A stretch of 24,000 nucleotides of DNA from Ruania zhangjianzhongii (lineage in GTDB: Bacteria > Actinomycetota > Actinomycetes > Actinomycetales > Beutenbergiaceae), in contig NZ_CP042828.1 in assembly GCF_008000995.1 (NCBI RefSeq), forward strand, positions 2,260,882 through 2,284,881. The letters run 5' to 3'. The notes beneath the pieces were generated by a model. The model searched no databases, was not told the DNA's origin, and saw nothing but the letters and a program-made list of their open reading frames with translations. Positions 13,731-22,007 of the stretch are shown here, one piece after another. How positions within the stretch are numbered: position 1 is the stretch's first letter; the number at the start of each line of letters is the position of its first letter. The translations under genes were made by a program, and so were the position numbers.

Positions 13731-14086
13731 AGATCATCACCGGCGGTGTCGGAAAGGCCCAGGTGGCCGAGGTCCTGAAACCCCTCCTGCGACCCGAGGA
13801 CGAGGTGAGCGTCGGCAGTGACATGGATGCCGCGATCAAGCTGCAGTCCGGCCAGGCCGACTTCTTCCTCGGCACCTGCCACACCGGTGCTGGTGCAAGC
13901 CTGGGGGTGCTGGTCGGCCTCCTCGGCGGCGACCGATGCCACACCTTTGCCCGGAAGATCCCCGCTGCCGAAGACGTGGACCACGCGCTGGCGAGCGGCG
14001 CGGTCGCGCTCGGCTTCTCCGTGGACCAGATCACCGAGGCGGTACCGGTGATCTACGCCGCGCTGCAGCGCCGGAACGAGGGCTGA
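13727..14086 (+). CDS. yhfU: DUF2620 (YhfU-like) small glycine-rich protein
   Basis: 119 aa: MKIITGGVGKAQVAEVL...SDMDAAIKLQSGQADFFLGTCHTGAGASLGVLVGLLG. The RBS GAAAGGAG lies 5 nt upstream. GTG 13727 overlaps the upstream stop (GTGA). Confidence 0.7.
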   Translation: MKIITGGVGKAQVAEVLKPLLRPEDEVSVGSDMDAAIKLQSGQADFFLGTCHTGAGASLGVLVGLLGGDRCHTFARKIPAAEDVDHALASGAVALGFSVDQITEAVPVIYAALQRRNEG

Positions 14087-14087
14087 G

Positions 14088-15485
14088 ATGGGTCACCTCC
14101 CGATGGACGTCACCGCTGGCGGCGTCAGCTTCCTGCTCTGGCAGTCGATCGTCGTCATGGCGGTGACGGCGATCGGTGCGATGATGGCGCACTCCGCTCT
14201 TGCGGTGTTCAACGACGGCGCCCGGCCGTTCATGCTTGACTTCGTCCGCGGTAAGACGAACCGGGCGGCGACGGCCACGATCGTGTTCGGGCTCTCCGCC
14301 GGGTTCATCTTCGGGCTCGGGGCTCCGATGGCCCTGGCCACCGGGGTGCTCAATCCCTGGCTGATCTTCCTGCCTGCCGAGATCCTCGGTCTGCTCGCCC
14401 CCTGGCGCTGGTTGGCAGGTGTGGCCGGTGCGGCTTGGGGCGCGGTGTGCGCGTTCGGTCTGGGTACGGTCAACTCCGTCGCTCAGCAGCTTCCGGTCGA
14501 CTTCATCACCGCCCTGCAGGTACTGGGCGACCCGATTCTGTGGCTGTTCTCGATGTTCCCGGTGCTCGCGGTGGCCCGCCAGTTCGGGCGACTTCGCGGG
14601 TTCATCACCCTGCTGGTCGAGGCGGGCATGATCGTCCTCGCCACCCAGCTCTGGCCGGACATGTTCGCCGGGTCCCTGGCGATGGCGCTCGGTGTGGTGC
14701 TGCTGCTGGTGTTCGCGCTGACCAAGGACCGCACCGCCAAGAGCGAGGAGAAGGTAGCACTCGCGGCGATGAACGCGGACCAGCGCACCGCGGCCGCCGA
14801 GGCGGAGGCCACCAGCGCAGCGGCGGTGAACCAGCTGTTCGGGCCGAACGCGCTCCGGCTCCGCAAGAACATCGTCTGGCTCGCGCTCCTCGGTGGCGCG
14901 GTGGCCGCCCTGTCCGCCACCCACATCTTCGGTGGGGGAGAGGCCACCAGCTTCCTGCTCGCCGACGGCAAGGTGACCGAAGCGGCCCAGGTCGACTTCT
15001 ACCGGGCGTTCGGGTTCATTCCGCTGATTGCCACCACCGCCCTCGCCTCCGGGGCCTACGCGATGGCCGGGTTCACCTTCGTCTACCCGGTCGGCTACCT
15101 GATCGGCGCGGGCTTCGACTCGCCGGCGCTCGCACTGGCCGTGGCGTTCGTCGCCGGTGCCGTGGTGATGGCGCTCGAAGTGCTGGCCCTGTCCTGGGTG
15201 GGGAACTGGCTACAGCGCTGGCCGAGCGTGCGCGACTCGGCCGACCATATCCGCAGTGCGATCACCGAGTCGCTGCAGGTGGCGATCCTGGTCGGTTCGG
15301 TCATGGCGGCCAGCCAGATGGGTGGCGGATTCGGAATCTTCCTCGTCGGTGGCCTCTACCTGGTCAACGAGGCGCTCGGCCGGCCCGTGGTCCGGATGGC
15401 AGCCGGCCCGGCTGCGGTGATCGTCAGCGGCGTGCTGCTCAACCTGCTCTATCTGGTCGGGCTGTTCACCCCGATCGCTGCTTAG
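14088..15485 (+). CDS. yhfT: YhfT-like polytopic inner-membrane protein (putative permease)
   Basis: 465 aa with about 12 hydrophobic segments. They fall into two halves separated by a charged, Ala-rich loop (KDRTAKSEEKVALAAMNADQRTAAAEAEATSAAAVNQ). The gene starts 1 nt after the yhfU-like stop. The assignment rests on position and size within a yhf-type cluster. Confidence 0.7.
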   Translation: MGHLPMDVTAGGVSFLLWQSIVVMAVTAIGAMMAHSALAVFNDGARPFMLDFVRGKTNRAATATIVFGLSAGFIFGLGAPMALATGVLNPWLIFLPAEILGLLAPWRWLAGVAGAAWGAVCAFGLGTVNSVAQQLPVDFITALQVLGDPILWLFSMFPVLAVARQFGRLRGFITLLVEAGMIVLATQLWPDMFAGSLAMALGVVLLLVFALTKDRTAKSEEKVALAAMNADQRTAAAEAEATSAAAVNQLFGPNALRLRKNIVWLALLGGAVAALSATHIFGGGEATSFLLADGKVTEAAQVDFYRAFGFIPLIATTALASGAYAMAGFTFVYPVGYLIGAGFDSPALALAVAFVAGAVVMALEVLALSWVGNWLQRWPSVRDSADHIRSAITESLQVAILVGSVMAASQMGGGFGIFLVGGLYLVNEALGRPVVRMAAGPAAVIVSGVLLNLLYLVGLFTPIAA

Positions 15486-15493
15486 GAGAACCG

Positions 15494-16459
15494 ATGCTCA
15501 TCCAGACGGTCCTCGGCCCGATCCAGCCCGATGCGGTCACCGGACCGGTACTCCCGCACGAGCACCTTGCGCTCGACCTGCGCACCGAGGCGGACGCCGG
15601 TGGCATGCTGTCCGGCCGGCATGCGGCCGCGGTGGCCGCCGAGCTCGCCGACGCCCGCGAGCGGGCGGACCTGAGCCTGGTGATCGATCAGACCTGCCGG
15701 GGGATGGGTCGGGACCCGGACACCCTGCAGACGATCGCTGCTGACTCCGGTGTGCCCGTGGTGGCCAGCACCGGCTGGTACTACCAGCGTTTCCACCCCG
15801 AGGGCGAACCGGGACCGGACCTGGACGCCGCGACCGAACTGCTGCTGACCGATCTGAGGGTGGGGATCGATGGCACCGACGTGTGCGCCGGTCTGATCGG
15901 TGAGATCGGTACCCACGGGCCCGCGCCGACCTCGGCCGAACGGACCAGCCTGCGCGCCGCGGGCCGCGCCAGTGCCCGCACTGGCGCACCGATCGCCACC
16001 CACGCCCACCTGGGCATCGGGGCGCTGGGCCAGCTCGACGTGCTGGCCGACTCCGGTGCCGACCTGGCTCGGGTGTGCGTCGGCCACCAGGATCTGATCG
16101 ACGACGTCGACCAGCACGCCCGGATCGCCGACGCCGGTGCCTACCTCGCCTTCGATACTGTGGGCAAGGAGTCCTACCAGGGGGACGACGTTCGGGTGCG
16201 GATGCTGCTCGCGCTCCTCGAGCAGGGTCTGGGCGCCCATCTGCTGCTGTCCAACGACATCTCCCGGCACTCCTATCTGCGCAGCGAAGGCGGGCAGGGG
16301 TATGCGCACGTGCTCTGCCCGTTCGCGGACCGGCTGCGGGCCGCCGGCGTCGACGGAGCCACCCTCACCATGCTCTACCGGGACAACGCCCTGCGCTGGC
16401 TCACCGGGAGCGAGGACATCGGCCCGGCTGCGGCCCTGCGGATCGGGGTGCGGTCATGA
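15494..16459 (+). CDS. php: Phosphotriesterase-homology protein (Php/YhfV; amidohydrolase superfamily, COG1735)
   Basis: 321 aa counted from ATG 15494 (RBS AGGAGA at 15484-15489). The full binuclear-metal ligand set is visible: H-x-H (LPHEHL), bridging Glu (LIGEIGT), His (IATHAH), His (VGHQD) and Asp (LSNDIS). The remainder of ORF 14435 upstream is a frame artefact overlapping yhfT. Confidence 0.9.
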   Translation: MLIQTVLGPIQPDAVTGPVLPHEHLALDLRTEADAGGMLSGRHAAAVAAELADARERADLSLVIDQTCRGMGRDPDTLQTIAADSGVPVVASTGWYYQRFHPEGEPGPDLDAATELLLTDLRVGIDGTDVCAGLIGEIGTHGPAPTSAERTSLRAAGRASARTGAPIATHAHLGIGALGQLDVLADSGADLARVCVGHQDLIDDVDQHARIADAGAYLAFDTVGKESYQGDDVRVRMLLALLEQGLGAHLLLSNDISRHSYLRSEGGQGYAHVLCPFADRLRAAGVDGATLTMLYRDNALRWLTGSEDIGPAAALRIGVRS

Positions 16460-17562
16460 CCGGGCCGGTGCTGCCCCGCACCCATCCATTGCCGCACCTG
16501 GACGTCGATGCAGCCTTCGGCTTGCAGCAGCGCCTGGTGGCAGCCGCCGGCGACGAGCTGCCCGGGGCAGCCATGTTCACCGCCGACGCCGGGGTCCGGC
16601 CAGAGACAGGACGGCCGCGGACCACGGCGGCCGTTGAACGCGTCCTCGCCACCGCGTTCGGTGCGCAGGCTGCCTGCCTGGTCCAAGGTGCCGGTACCGG
16701 AGCGATCCGGACCGCCCTGTCCGCAGGGCCCTGGGAGGCCGGCGACCGGCGGCTGCTGGTGCACGACGCCCCCGACTACTCCACCACCGCCACCACGTTC
16801 CGCGACGGGATGGTCCAGCCGGTCCGGGCTGACTTTGACCTCCCCGACGCCGTCCAGCGGGCCCTGGCCGACCCCGACGGCCCCGCCTGGGTGTACATCC
16901 AGCACAGCCGGCAGCGTCTGACCGACAGCTTCGACCCGATGCAGGTGGTCGCTGCGGCGCGGGCCGCAGGCCGGCGGGTGATCGTGGACGAGAACTACGC
17001 GGCGGTGCGCACCCCGGCGATCGGCACCGAGCACGGTGCCAGCGCCTCCGCCTTCTCCCTGTTCAAGCTGCACGGACCCGAAGGCATCGGGGTGGTGCTT
17101 GGTGATGACGACCTGATCGAGACCGCCCACCGCGCCAACTACTCCGGCGGCGGTCAGGTGCAAGGCCACCAGGCGCTGCACGCTCTGCAGGCCCTGGTCA
17201 ACGCCCCGCTGAACTGGGCGCGGCAGTCGGCCGAGGTGCACCGCCTCGCCGGCCTGCTCGGCCAGGGCGCGGTCCCCGGGATCGTCGACGCGAAGGTCGC
17301 GAACGTGCAGGATCTGTGTGTCGTCGCGCTGCTCGCCGAGCCGGAGGCCGACCGTGTCCGGGCCGCCGCTGCCACCCACGGGGCCGCGCCCTACCCGGTC
17401 GGCTCGAACAGCCGGTTCGAGGTGGCACCGATGATCTACCGGCTGTCCTCCTCAGCGCTGTCCGCCCAGCCCGAGCTGCGCGACTGGACGCTGCGGATCA
17501 ACCCCATGCGCGCCGGTGCCGACCTCGTGGTCGACATCCTCCGCCGCTCGATCCCGAACTGA
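16456..17562 (+). CDS. yhfS: YhfS-like fold-type-I PLP-dependent enzyme (aminotransferase/lyase-like)
   Basis: 368 aa counted from ATG 16456, which forms an ATGA overlap with the php stop. The Gly-rich loop is VQGAGTGAIRTAL, followed by DENYA and a putative PLP-Lys in SAFSLFKLHGPEG. Confidence 0.7.
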   Translation: MTGPVLPRTHPLPHLDVDAAFGLQQRLVAAAGDELPGAAMFTADAGVRPETGRPRTTAAVERVLATAFGAQAACLVQGAGTGAIRTALSAGPWEAGDRRLLVHDAPDYSTTATTFRDGMVQPVRADFDLPDAVQRALADPDGPAWVYIQHSRQRLTDSFDPMQVVAAARAAGRRVIVDENYAAVRTPAIGTEHGASASAFSLFKLHGPEGIGVVLGDDDLIETAHRANYSGGGQVQGHQALHALQALVNAPLNWARQSAEVHRLAGLLGQGAVPGIVDAKVANVQDLCVVALLAEPEADRVRAAAATHGAAPYPVGSNSRFEVAPMIYRLSSSALSAQPELRDWTLRINPMRAGADLVVDILRRSIPN

Positions 17563-17570
17563 GGGGGCTC

Positions 17571-18743
17571 ATGTTCCTGTCGCTGACCCAGCGCCGTAAC
17601 CCGGCACTGCTCGATTCCGCCCGCGAACTGCACGCCTACGGTCGCATCGGTCCGGACACCTACGTGCTCGACCTGGACGTGATCACCGAGAACGCTCAGA
17701 CGCTGGCCGCCACGGCCGCCGGTCACCAGATCGAGCCCTGGTTCGTGACCAAGCAGATCGGCCGAGTGCCCCCGGTGGCCGCCGCGATCGCCCAGCACAT
17801 TCGCGCCGCCACGGCGATCGACGTCCGTGAGGCACGAGCGGTCACCGCTGCCGGAGTGCGGCTGGGCAACGTGGGCCATCTGGTCCAGGTGCCGCGCCGG
17901 GCGCTGCCGGAGATCCTCGCCTCCGGCCCGGCGTACGTCACCGTCTTCGACCTGGCCAACCTGCGCGCCGTGGCGGAGGCAGCGGCGGGGCTCGGGATCG
18001 TACAACCGGTGCTGCTGCGGATCGCCGGTGACCCGGCCACCACCTACCCCGGCCAGGAGGGCGGCATCGAACCCGCCGCCGTCGCGCAGGTCCTGGACCT
18101 CGCCGCCGGTCTGGAGCACGTCCAGATAGCCGGGGTGACCGCCTTTCCGTGCCTCCTCTTCGACGACGTTTCCGCCCAGGTCCGCCCCACCCCGACCGCC
18201 GACCGGGCGCTCGCCGCAGCCGATGTGCTCCGCACGGCCGGAATCGACCCGGTGATCAACCTGCCCAGTCAGTCCAGCTGCTCGACCATCCCGCTGGTGG
18301 CCGCGCTCGGTGGCACGCACGTCGAACCTGGCCATGCCCTGACCGGGACCACGCCCGAGCATGCCGTCCGGGACCACCTGCCCGAGCGCCCGGGCATGGT
18401 CTACGTCTCCGAGATCGCCCAGACCGAGCCGACACCGGCGGTCTTCGGCGGCGGTTTCTACGCCCGCGGGCATGCTCGGCAGGTGCTGCTCGGGCGCGGA
18501 CCGCAGCTGCGAGAGGCCACCCTGGTGGACACCCCAGCGGAGAACATCGACTACTACCGCCGGCTCCGCCTGGGGGGCGGGAGCGAGCCGGAGCTCGGGG
18601 AGGTCGCCCTGATGGCGTTCCGGACCCAGATCTTCGTGACCCGGTCCCAGGTGGCGGTCGTGGCCGGGATCCAATCCGGCAGCCCCCAGCTCGTCGGCCT
18701 GTTCGACGCCACCGGCCGAGAGCTCTCGGAGGTGGGCGGTTGA
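17571..18743 (+). CDS. yhfX: YhfX-like alanine-racemase-fold (fold-type-III PLP) protein
   Basis: 390 aa counted from ATG 17571 (RBS GAGGGGG). The sequence begins MFLSLTQRRNPALLDSARELH...YVLDLDVI, with a putative PLP-Lys in WFVTKQIG. It shows a TIM-barrel-like alternating pattern followed by a C-terminal beta domain. Confidence 0.75.
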   Translation: MFLSLTQRRNPALLDSARELHAYGRIGPDTYVLDLDVITENAQTLAATAAGHQIEPWFVTKQIGRVPPVAAAIAQHIRAATAIDVREARAVTAAGVRLGNVGHLVQVPRRALPEILASGPAYVTVFDLANLRAVAEAAAGLGIVQPVLLRIAGDPATTYPGQEGGIEPAAVAQVLDLAAGLEHVQIAGVTAFPCLLFDDVSAQVRPTPTADRALAAADVLRTAGIDPVINLPSQSSCSTIPLVAALGGTHVEPGHALTGTTPEHAVRDHLPERPGMVYVSEIAQTEPTPAVFGGGFYARGHARQVLLGRGPQLREATLVDTPAENIDYYRRLRLGGGSEPELGEVALMAFRTQIFVTRSQVAVVAGIQSGSPQLVGLFDATGRELSEVGG

Positions 18744-20011
18744 GTACCACGATCCTCGTCCTGGACGGGTTCGGGATCGGTGCCCTGCCGGACGCGGGTG
18801 ACCTGCGCCCGGGGGACGTTCGCGCGGACACGCTCGGCTCCCTGCTCGCATGGAGCCGGGACGAGCGCCGCAGCACCGCGAACATCCCGTGGTTGACCGC
18901 ACTCGGCCTGGCCGTCCTGCGCCCCGACCTGAACCTGCCCGCACCGCAGCCGGCGCCCGCGCACCTGGAGGTGACTGCCCGGCGCAGCGCCCTCGGCTAC
19001 CCCGGCGCGGACACCTTCGCCGGGCACCAGACGATGATGGGCGCGGACATGTCCCACGTGACCCATTGCCGGGTCGGGGAGCGGCTTGAGCAAGTACGGG
19101 AGGCACTTGAGCTCATCGGTCACCACACCGAGCTTCTCGACGGCCGGGCGGTGATCCTCGTCGACGGGCAGATGCTCGTCCACGACAACCTCGAAGCCGA
19201 CCCAGGACTGAACTGGAATGTGTCCGCACCGCTGGACAAGGTCCGGTGGGAGGACCTGCTGCACGCCGCCCAGGCCGTGCGCGCCGTGGCTCCGGTGGCG
19301 CGGGTGATCGCCGTCGGTGGCTACGCCGACGAGCCGTTGCCGGCCTACGTTCGCCCGGGGGAGGACGCCACGATCGGCCTGGACACCCCGACCAGCGGCT
19401 TCTACCGCAACGGCGGCCTGCAGGTGCGCCACCTCGGTGCCCCGCTCGACCATCACCGTCAGCTGCCGGAAGTTGCAGCCAACGCCGGCCTCCCGGTCAC
19501 CCTGATCGGGAAGGCCGCCGACATCCTCGCTACCGAGGCAGCGGTGGAACGCCGACCCGGAGTCGACACCGCCGCCGTGCTCGCCGACACCCTCGAGGCA
19601 TCCGGCCGACCGGGTCTGGTGATCACCAATGTCCAGCAGACCGACCTGTCCGGGCACCAGCAGGATCCCGGCCGCTACCTCGACCTGCTCGAACAGGTCG
19701 ACGTCGCGATCCCCGACCTGCTCCGCGCACTGGCACCCGGGGAGCAGTTCGTGGTGGTGGCCGACCACGGGAACGACCCGAGGATCGGGCACGCCTTCCA
19801 CACCCGTGAGTACGTCCCCGTGCTCGCCGCCGCCCGGACCACGGAACCGGCCATACCGGTCCGCCGCGGAGACGATCTGCCGTCGCTCGCCGACGTCGGC
19901 GCCTCCGTGGCGCTCAGCCTCGGCCTCGGCGAACACGCCCTCGGCCACGGCGACGCCCACCATCTGACCAGCAGCGAACCCGACCCCGCTACCAGGAGGA
20001 CCCATGCCTGA
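18740..20011 (+). CDS. yhfW: YhfW-like phosphopentomutase-type metalloenzyme (alkaline phosphatase superfamily)
   Basis: The start is probably TTG 18740, which forms a TTGA overlap with the yhfX stop. ILVLDGFGIG carries the metal-binding Asp. GADTFAGHQ carries the candidate Thr nucleophile in a GxDTxxGH context. VVADHGNDP and HTREYVPV are also present. All are phosphopentomutase-like motifs. Confidence 0.8.
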   Translation: MSTTILVLDGFGIGALPDAGDLRPGDVRADTLGSLLAWSRDERRSTANIPWLTALGLAVLRPDLNLPAPQPAPAHLEVTARRSALGYPGADTFAGHQTMMGADMSHVTHCRVGERLEQVREALELIGHHTELLDGRAVILVDGQMLVHDNLEADPGLNWNVSAPLDKVRWEDLLHAAQAVRAVAPVARVIAVGGYADEPLPAYVRPGEDATIGLDTPTSGFYRNGGLQVRHLGAPLDHHRQLPEVAANAGLPVTLIGKAADILATEAAVERRPGVDTAAVLADTLEASGRPGLVITNVQQTDLSGHQQDPGRYLDLLEQVDVAIPDLLRALAPGEQFVVVADHGNDPRIGHAFHTREYVPVLAAARTTEPAIPVRRGDDLPSLADVGASVALSLGLGEHALGHGDAHHLTSSEPDPATRRTHA

Positions 20012-20288
20012 GCGCACCGCCACCATCGCCTCGACCTCTGGCCTGCACGCCCGGCCCGCGAACCTGTTCGTCCAGGCCGTCCAGAGGGCCGGACTGCCGG
20101 TCCAGATCGCGCGGGCCGGCCAACCCGGCGTGGACGCGCGCAGCATCCTGTCGGTGATGGGTCTGGGGGCCAAGCATGGCGAGCAGGTGGTGCTCAGCAC
20201 CGACGCCGATGACAGCCAAGGGGCACTTGAGGACCTGGTCACGCTCTTGGAAACCGACCTGGACGCCGCCGAGAGCACTGACCGATGA
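20004..20288 (+). CDS. ptsH: Phosphocarrier protein HPr
   Basis: 94 aa. His15 sits in TSGLH(15)ARPA and the regulatory-Ser region reads DARSILSVMGLGA. The RBS is AGGAGGA at 19994-20000. The start overlaps the yhfW-like 3' end by 8 nt. Confidence 0.9.
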   Translation: MPERTATIASTSGLHARPANLFVQAVQRAGLPVQIARAGQPGVDARSILSVMGLGAKHGEQVVLSTDADDSQGALEDLVTLLETDLDAAESTDR

Positions 20289-21964
20289 CGCCTGGGACTG
20301 CCCGTGGTGCTGGCGTCGGGTATGGCGCCGGAATCGGCCTGGCCGTCCACGTGCCACCAGCGCCGGTCGCGCCCGAGCACGAGGCCGCCGAGGACATCGA
20401 GACCGCCACGGCCAGGATCCACGACGCGTTCGACCAGGTTGCCCGCGCGCTGACCGATCGGGCCGCGCACGCCACCGGCCCGCTCGCCGAGACGCTGGCC
20501 GCGGCCGCGACGATGGCGGCGGATCCCGCACTGACCGATCAGACCGTCCGGCAGGCCGGCGCGGGCTTCGGCCCGGCAACCGCTGTGACCCGGGCCGTCG
20601 AGAGCTTCGCCACCACCTTCCAGGAGGCCGGCGGCTATCTGGCCGAACGGGTGACCGACCTGGTCAGCGTCCGGGACCGGGTGGTCGCCCTGCTCCTCGG
20701 CCAAGACGAACCTGGCATGCCGGCACTGATCGGGCGGAGCGTGATCATCGCCGCCGATCTGGCCCCTGCGGACACCGCAGCGCTCGACCTGGACCTGATC
20801 GCCGGCATCGTCACTGCGGCCGGCGGTCCGACCAGCCACACGGCGATCATCGCCCGTCAGCTCGGTATCCCCTGCGTGGTCGGGGCAGCCGCCGCACTCC
20901 AGCTACCCGCCGGGGCCCGCATCCTGGTGGACGCCGCCAGCGGGACCGTGGTCGCCGACCCCGACGAGGAGAGGGTCGCCCTAGCCCTGCGCCGTGCCCG
21001 GCGACTCGCTGAGGTTGCCGAGGACGACCGGCCCGCCGCCACCAGCGACGGCCACCGGATCCAGCTCCTGGCCAACATCGGCACCCCGGAGGACGCGCTA
21101 CGCGCGGCGAGTACCGCCGTCGACGGCGTGGGACTGTTCCGTACCGAGATGCTGTATCTCGACCGGGCCGCCGCGCCCAGCTCCGCCGAACAGGTGGGTG
21201 TGTACCGGCAGGTGCTCGACGCATTCGACGGCCGCAAGGTCGTACTGCGCACCCTCGATGCCGGGGCAGACAAGCCGCTCACCTTCGCCACCGCTGACGG
21301 CGAGGCGAACCCCGCGCTCGGGCTGCGCGGCTACCGCACCGCGCGCCGGCACCCGGAGCTGCTCGAGGACCAGCTCGCCGCCATCGCCGAGGCTGCCACC
21401 GACCACCCATCCCCGGTATGGGTGATGGCGCCGATGATCAGTACCGCTGGTGAGGCGGCAGAATTCGCCGCGCGGGCCCGCTCGCACGGGATCACTACCG
21501 TCGGTGCGATGGTCGAGGTCCCCAGCGCGGCCCTGCTCGCCGACGAACTGCTCGCCCCGCTCGACTTCCTGTCGCTGGGCACCAACGACCTGACCCAGTA
21601 CGTGATGGCGGCCGACCGGCTCAGCACCGACCTCGCCGACCTGACCGACCGGTGGCAACCGGCCGTGCTCCGGCTGGTGGCGGCCACCGTCCGTGCCGGA
21701 AAGACGGCGGGGAAACCCGTCGGCGTGTGCGGGGAGTCGGCTGCCGACCCGTTGATGGCGCTGGTACTCACCGGACTGGGCATCTCCAGCTTGTCCATGT
21801 CTGCGCCGTCGGTCGGCGGAGTGCGCTATGCCTTACGCGCTCACGACCTGCGCGCCTGCCGCCGGATGGCCGAGGCGGCGCTGGCCGCCCCTGATGCTGC
21901 GGCCGCTCGCTCGGCGGCAGCGGCGCTGCTGGACGAGACGGTCCGGGAGACTCTGCACGTCTGA
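20285..21964 (+). CDS. ptsI: Phosphoenolpyruvate-protein phosphotransferase (PTS Enzyme I)
   Basis: 559 aa. The active-site His lies in GGPTSHTAIIARQLGIPCVVG. The PEP-binding region reads FRTEMLYL...LRTLDAGADKP...MVEVPSA...LSLGTNDLTQY. The catalytic Cys lies in VGVCGESAADP. The start forms an ATGA overlap with the ptsH stop. Confidence 0.95.
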   Translation: MTPGTARGAGVGYGAGIGLAVHVPPAPVAPEHEAAEDIETATARIHDAFDQVARALTDRAAHATGPLAETLAAAATMAADPALTDQTVRQAGAGFGPATAVTRAVESFATTFQEAGGYLAERVTDLVSVRDRVVALLLGQDEPGMPALIGRSVIIAADLAPADTAALDLDLIAGIVTAAGGPTSHTAIIARQLGIPCVVGAAAALQLPAGARILVDAASGTVVADPDEERVALALRRARRLAEVAEDDRPAATSDGHRIQLLANIGTPEDALRAASTAVDGVGLFRTEMLYLDRAAAPSSAEQVGVYRQVLDAFDGRKVVLRTLDAGADKPLTFATADGEANPALGLRGYRTARRHPELLEDQLAAIAEAATDHPSPVWVMAPMISTAGEAAEFAARARSHGITTVGAMVEVPSAALLADELLAPLDFLSLGTNDLTQYVMAADRLSTDLADLTDRWQPAVLRLVAATVRAGKTAGKPVGVCGESAADPLMALVLTGLGISSLSMSAPSVGGVRYALRAHDLRACRRMAEAALAAPDAAAARSAAAALLDETVRETLHV

Positions 21965-21986
21965 CCCGAGATCTACTGGGACAGGC

Positions 21987-22000
21987 GGACCGATCGGTCC
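21987..22000. terminator. 14-bp perfect palindrome GGACCGATCGGTCC between convergent genes; a weak bidirectional terminator candidate
   Basis: Read directly. It lies in the 43-bp gap between the ptsI stop (21964) and the minus-strand stop (22008). The stem is only 5 bp with a 4-nt loop and there is no U-tract. Confidence 0.3.
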
Positions 22001-22007
22001 CCGGGGG

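Noticed and set aside
14435-15493. N-terminal 353 aa of the 674-aa ORF 14435-16459
   Set aside because: Only the portion from ATG 15494 (good RBS, HEHL motif near the N-terminus) is Php-like. The upstream part overlaps the yhfT-like membrane gene in another frame and is Arg/Gly-rich.
20004-20288. HPr Ser-phosphorylation (HprK/P-type carbon catabolite control) inferred from the SIL motif
   Set aside because: A Ser is present (RSILSV), but no hprK gene is in the window, and HprK is generally associated with Firmicutes-type regulation. There is no basis to claim it here.
18554-20839. 761-aa minus-strand ORF, the longest in the window
   Set aside because: It is antisense to the well-supported yhfW-like, ptsH and ptsI genes. 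Its composition is Arg/Gly/Pro/Ala-rich with no recognisable motifs, the typical shadow ORF produced by high GC3 on the opposite strand.
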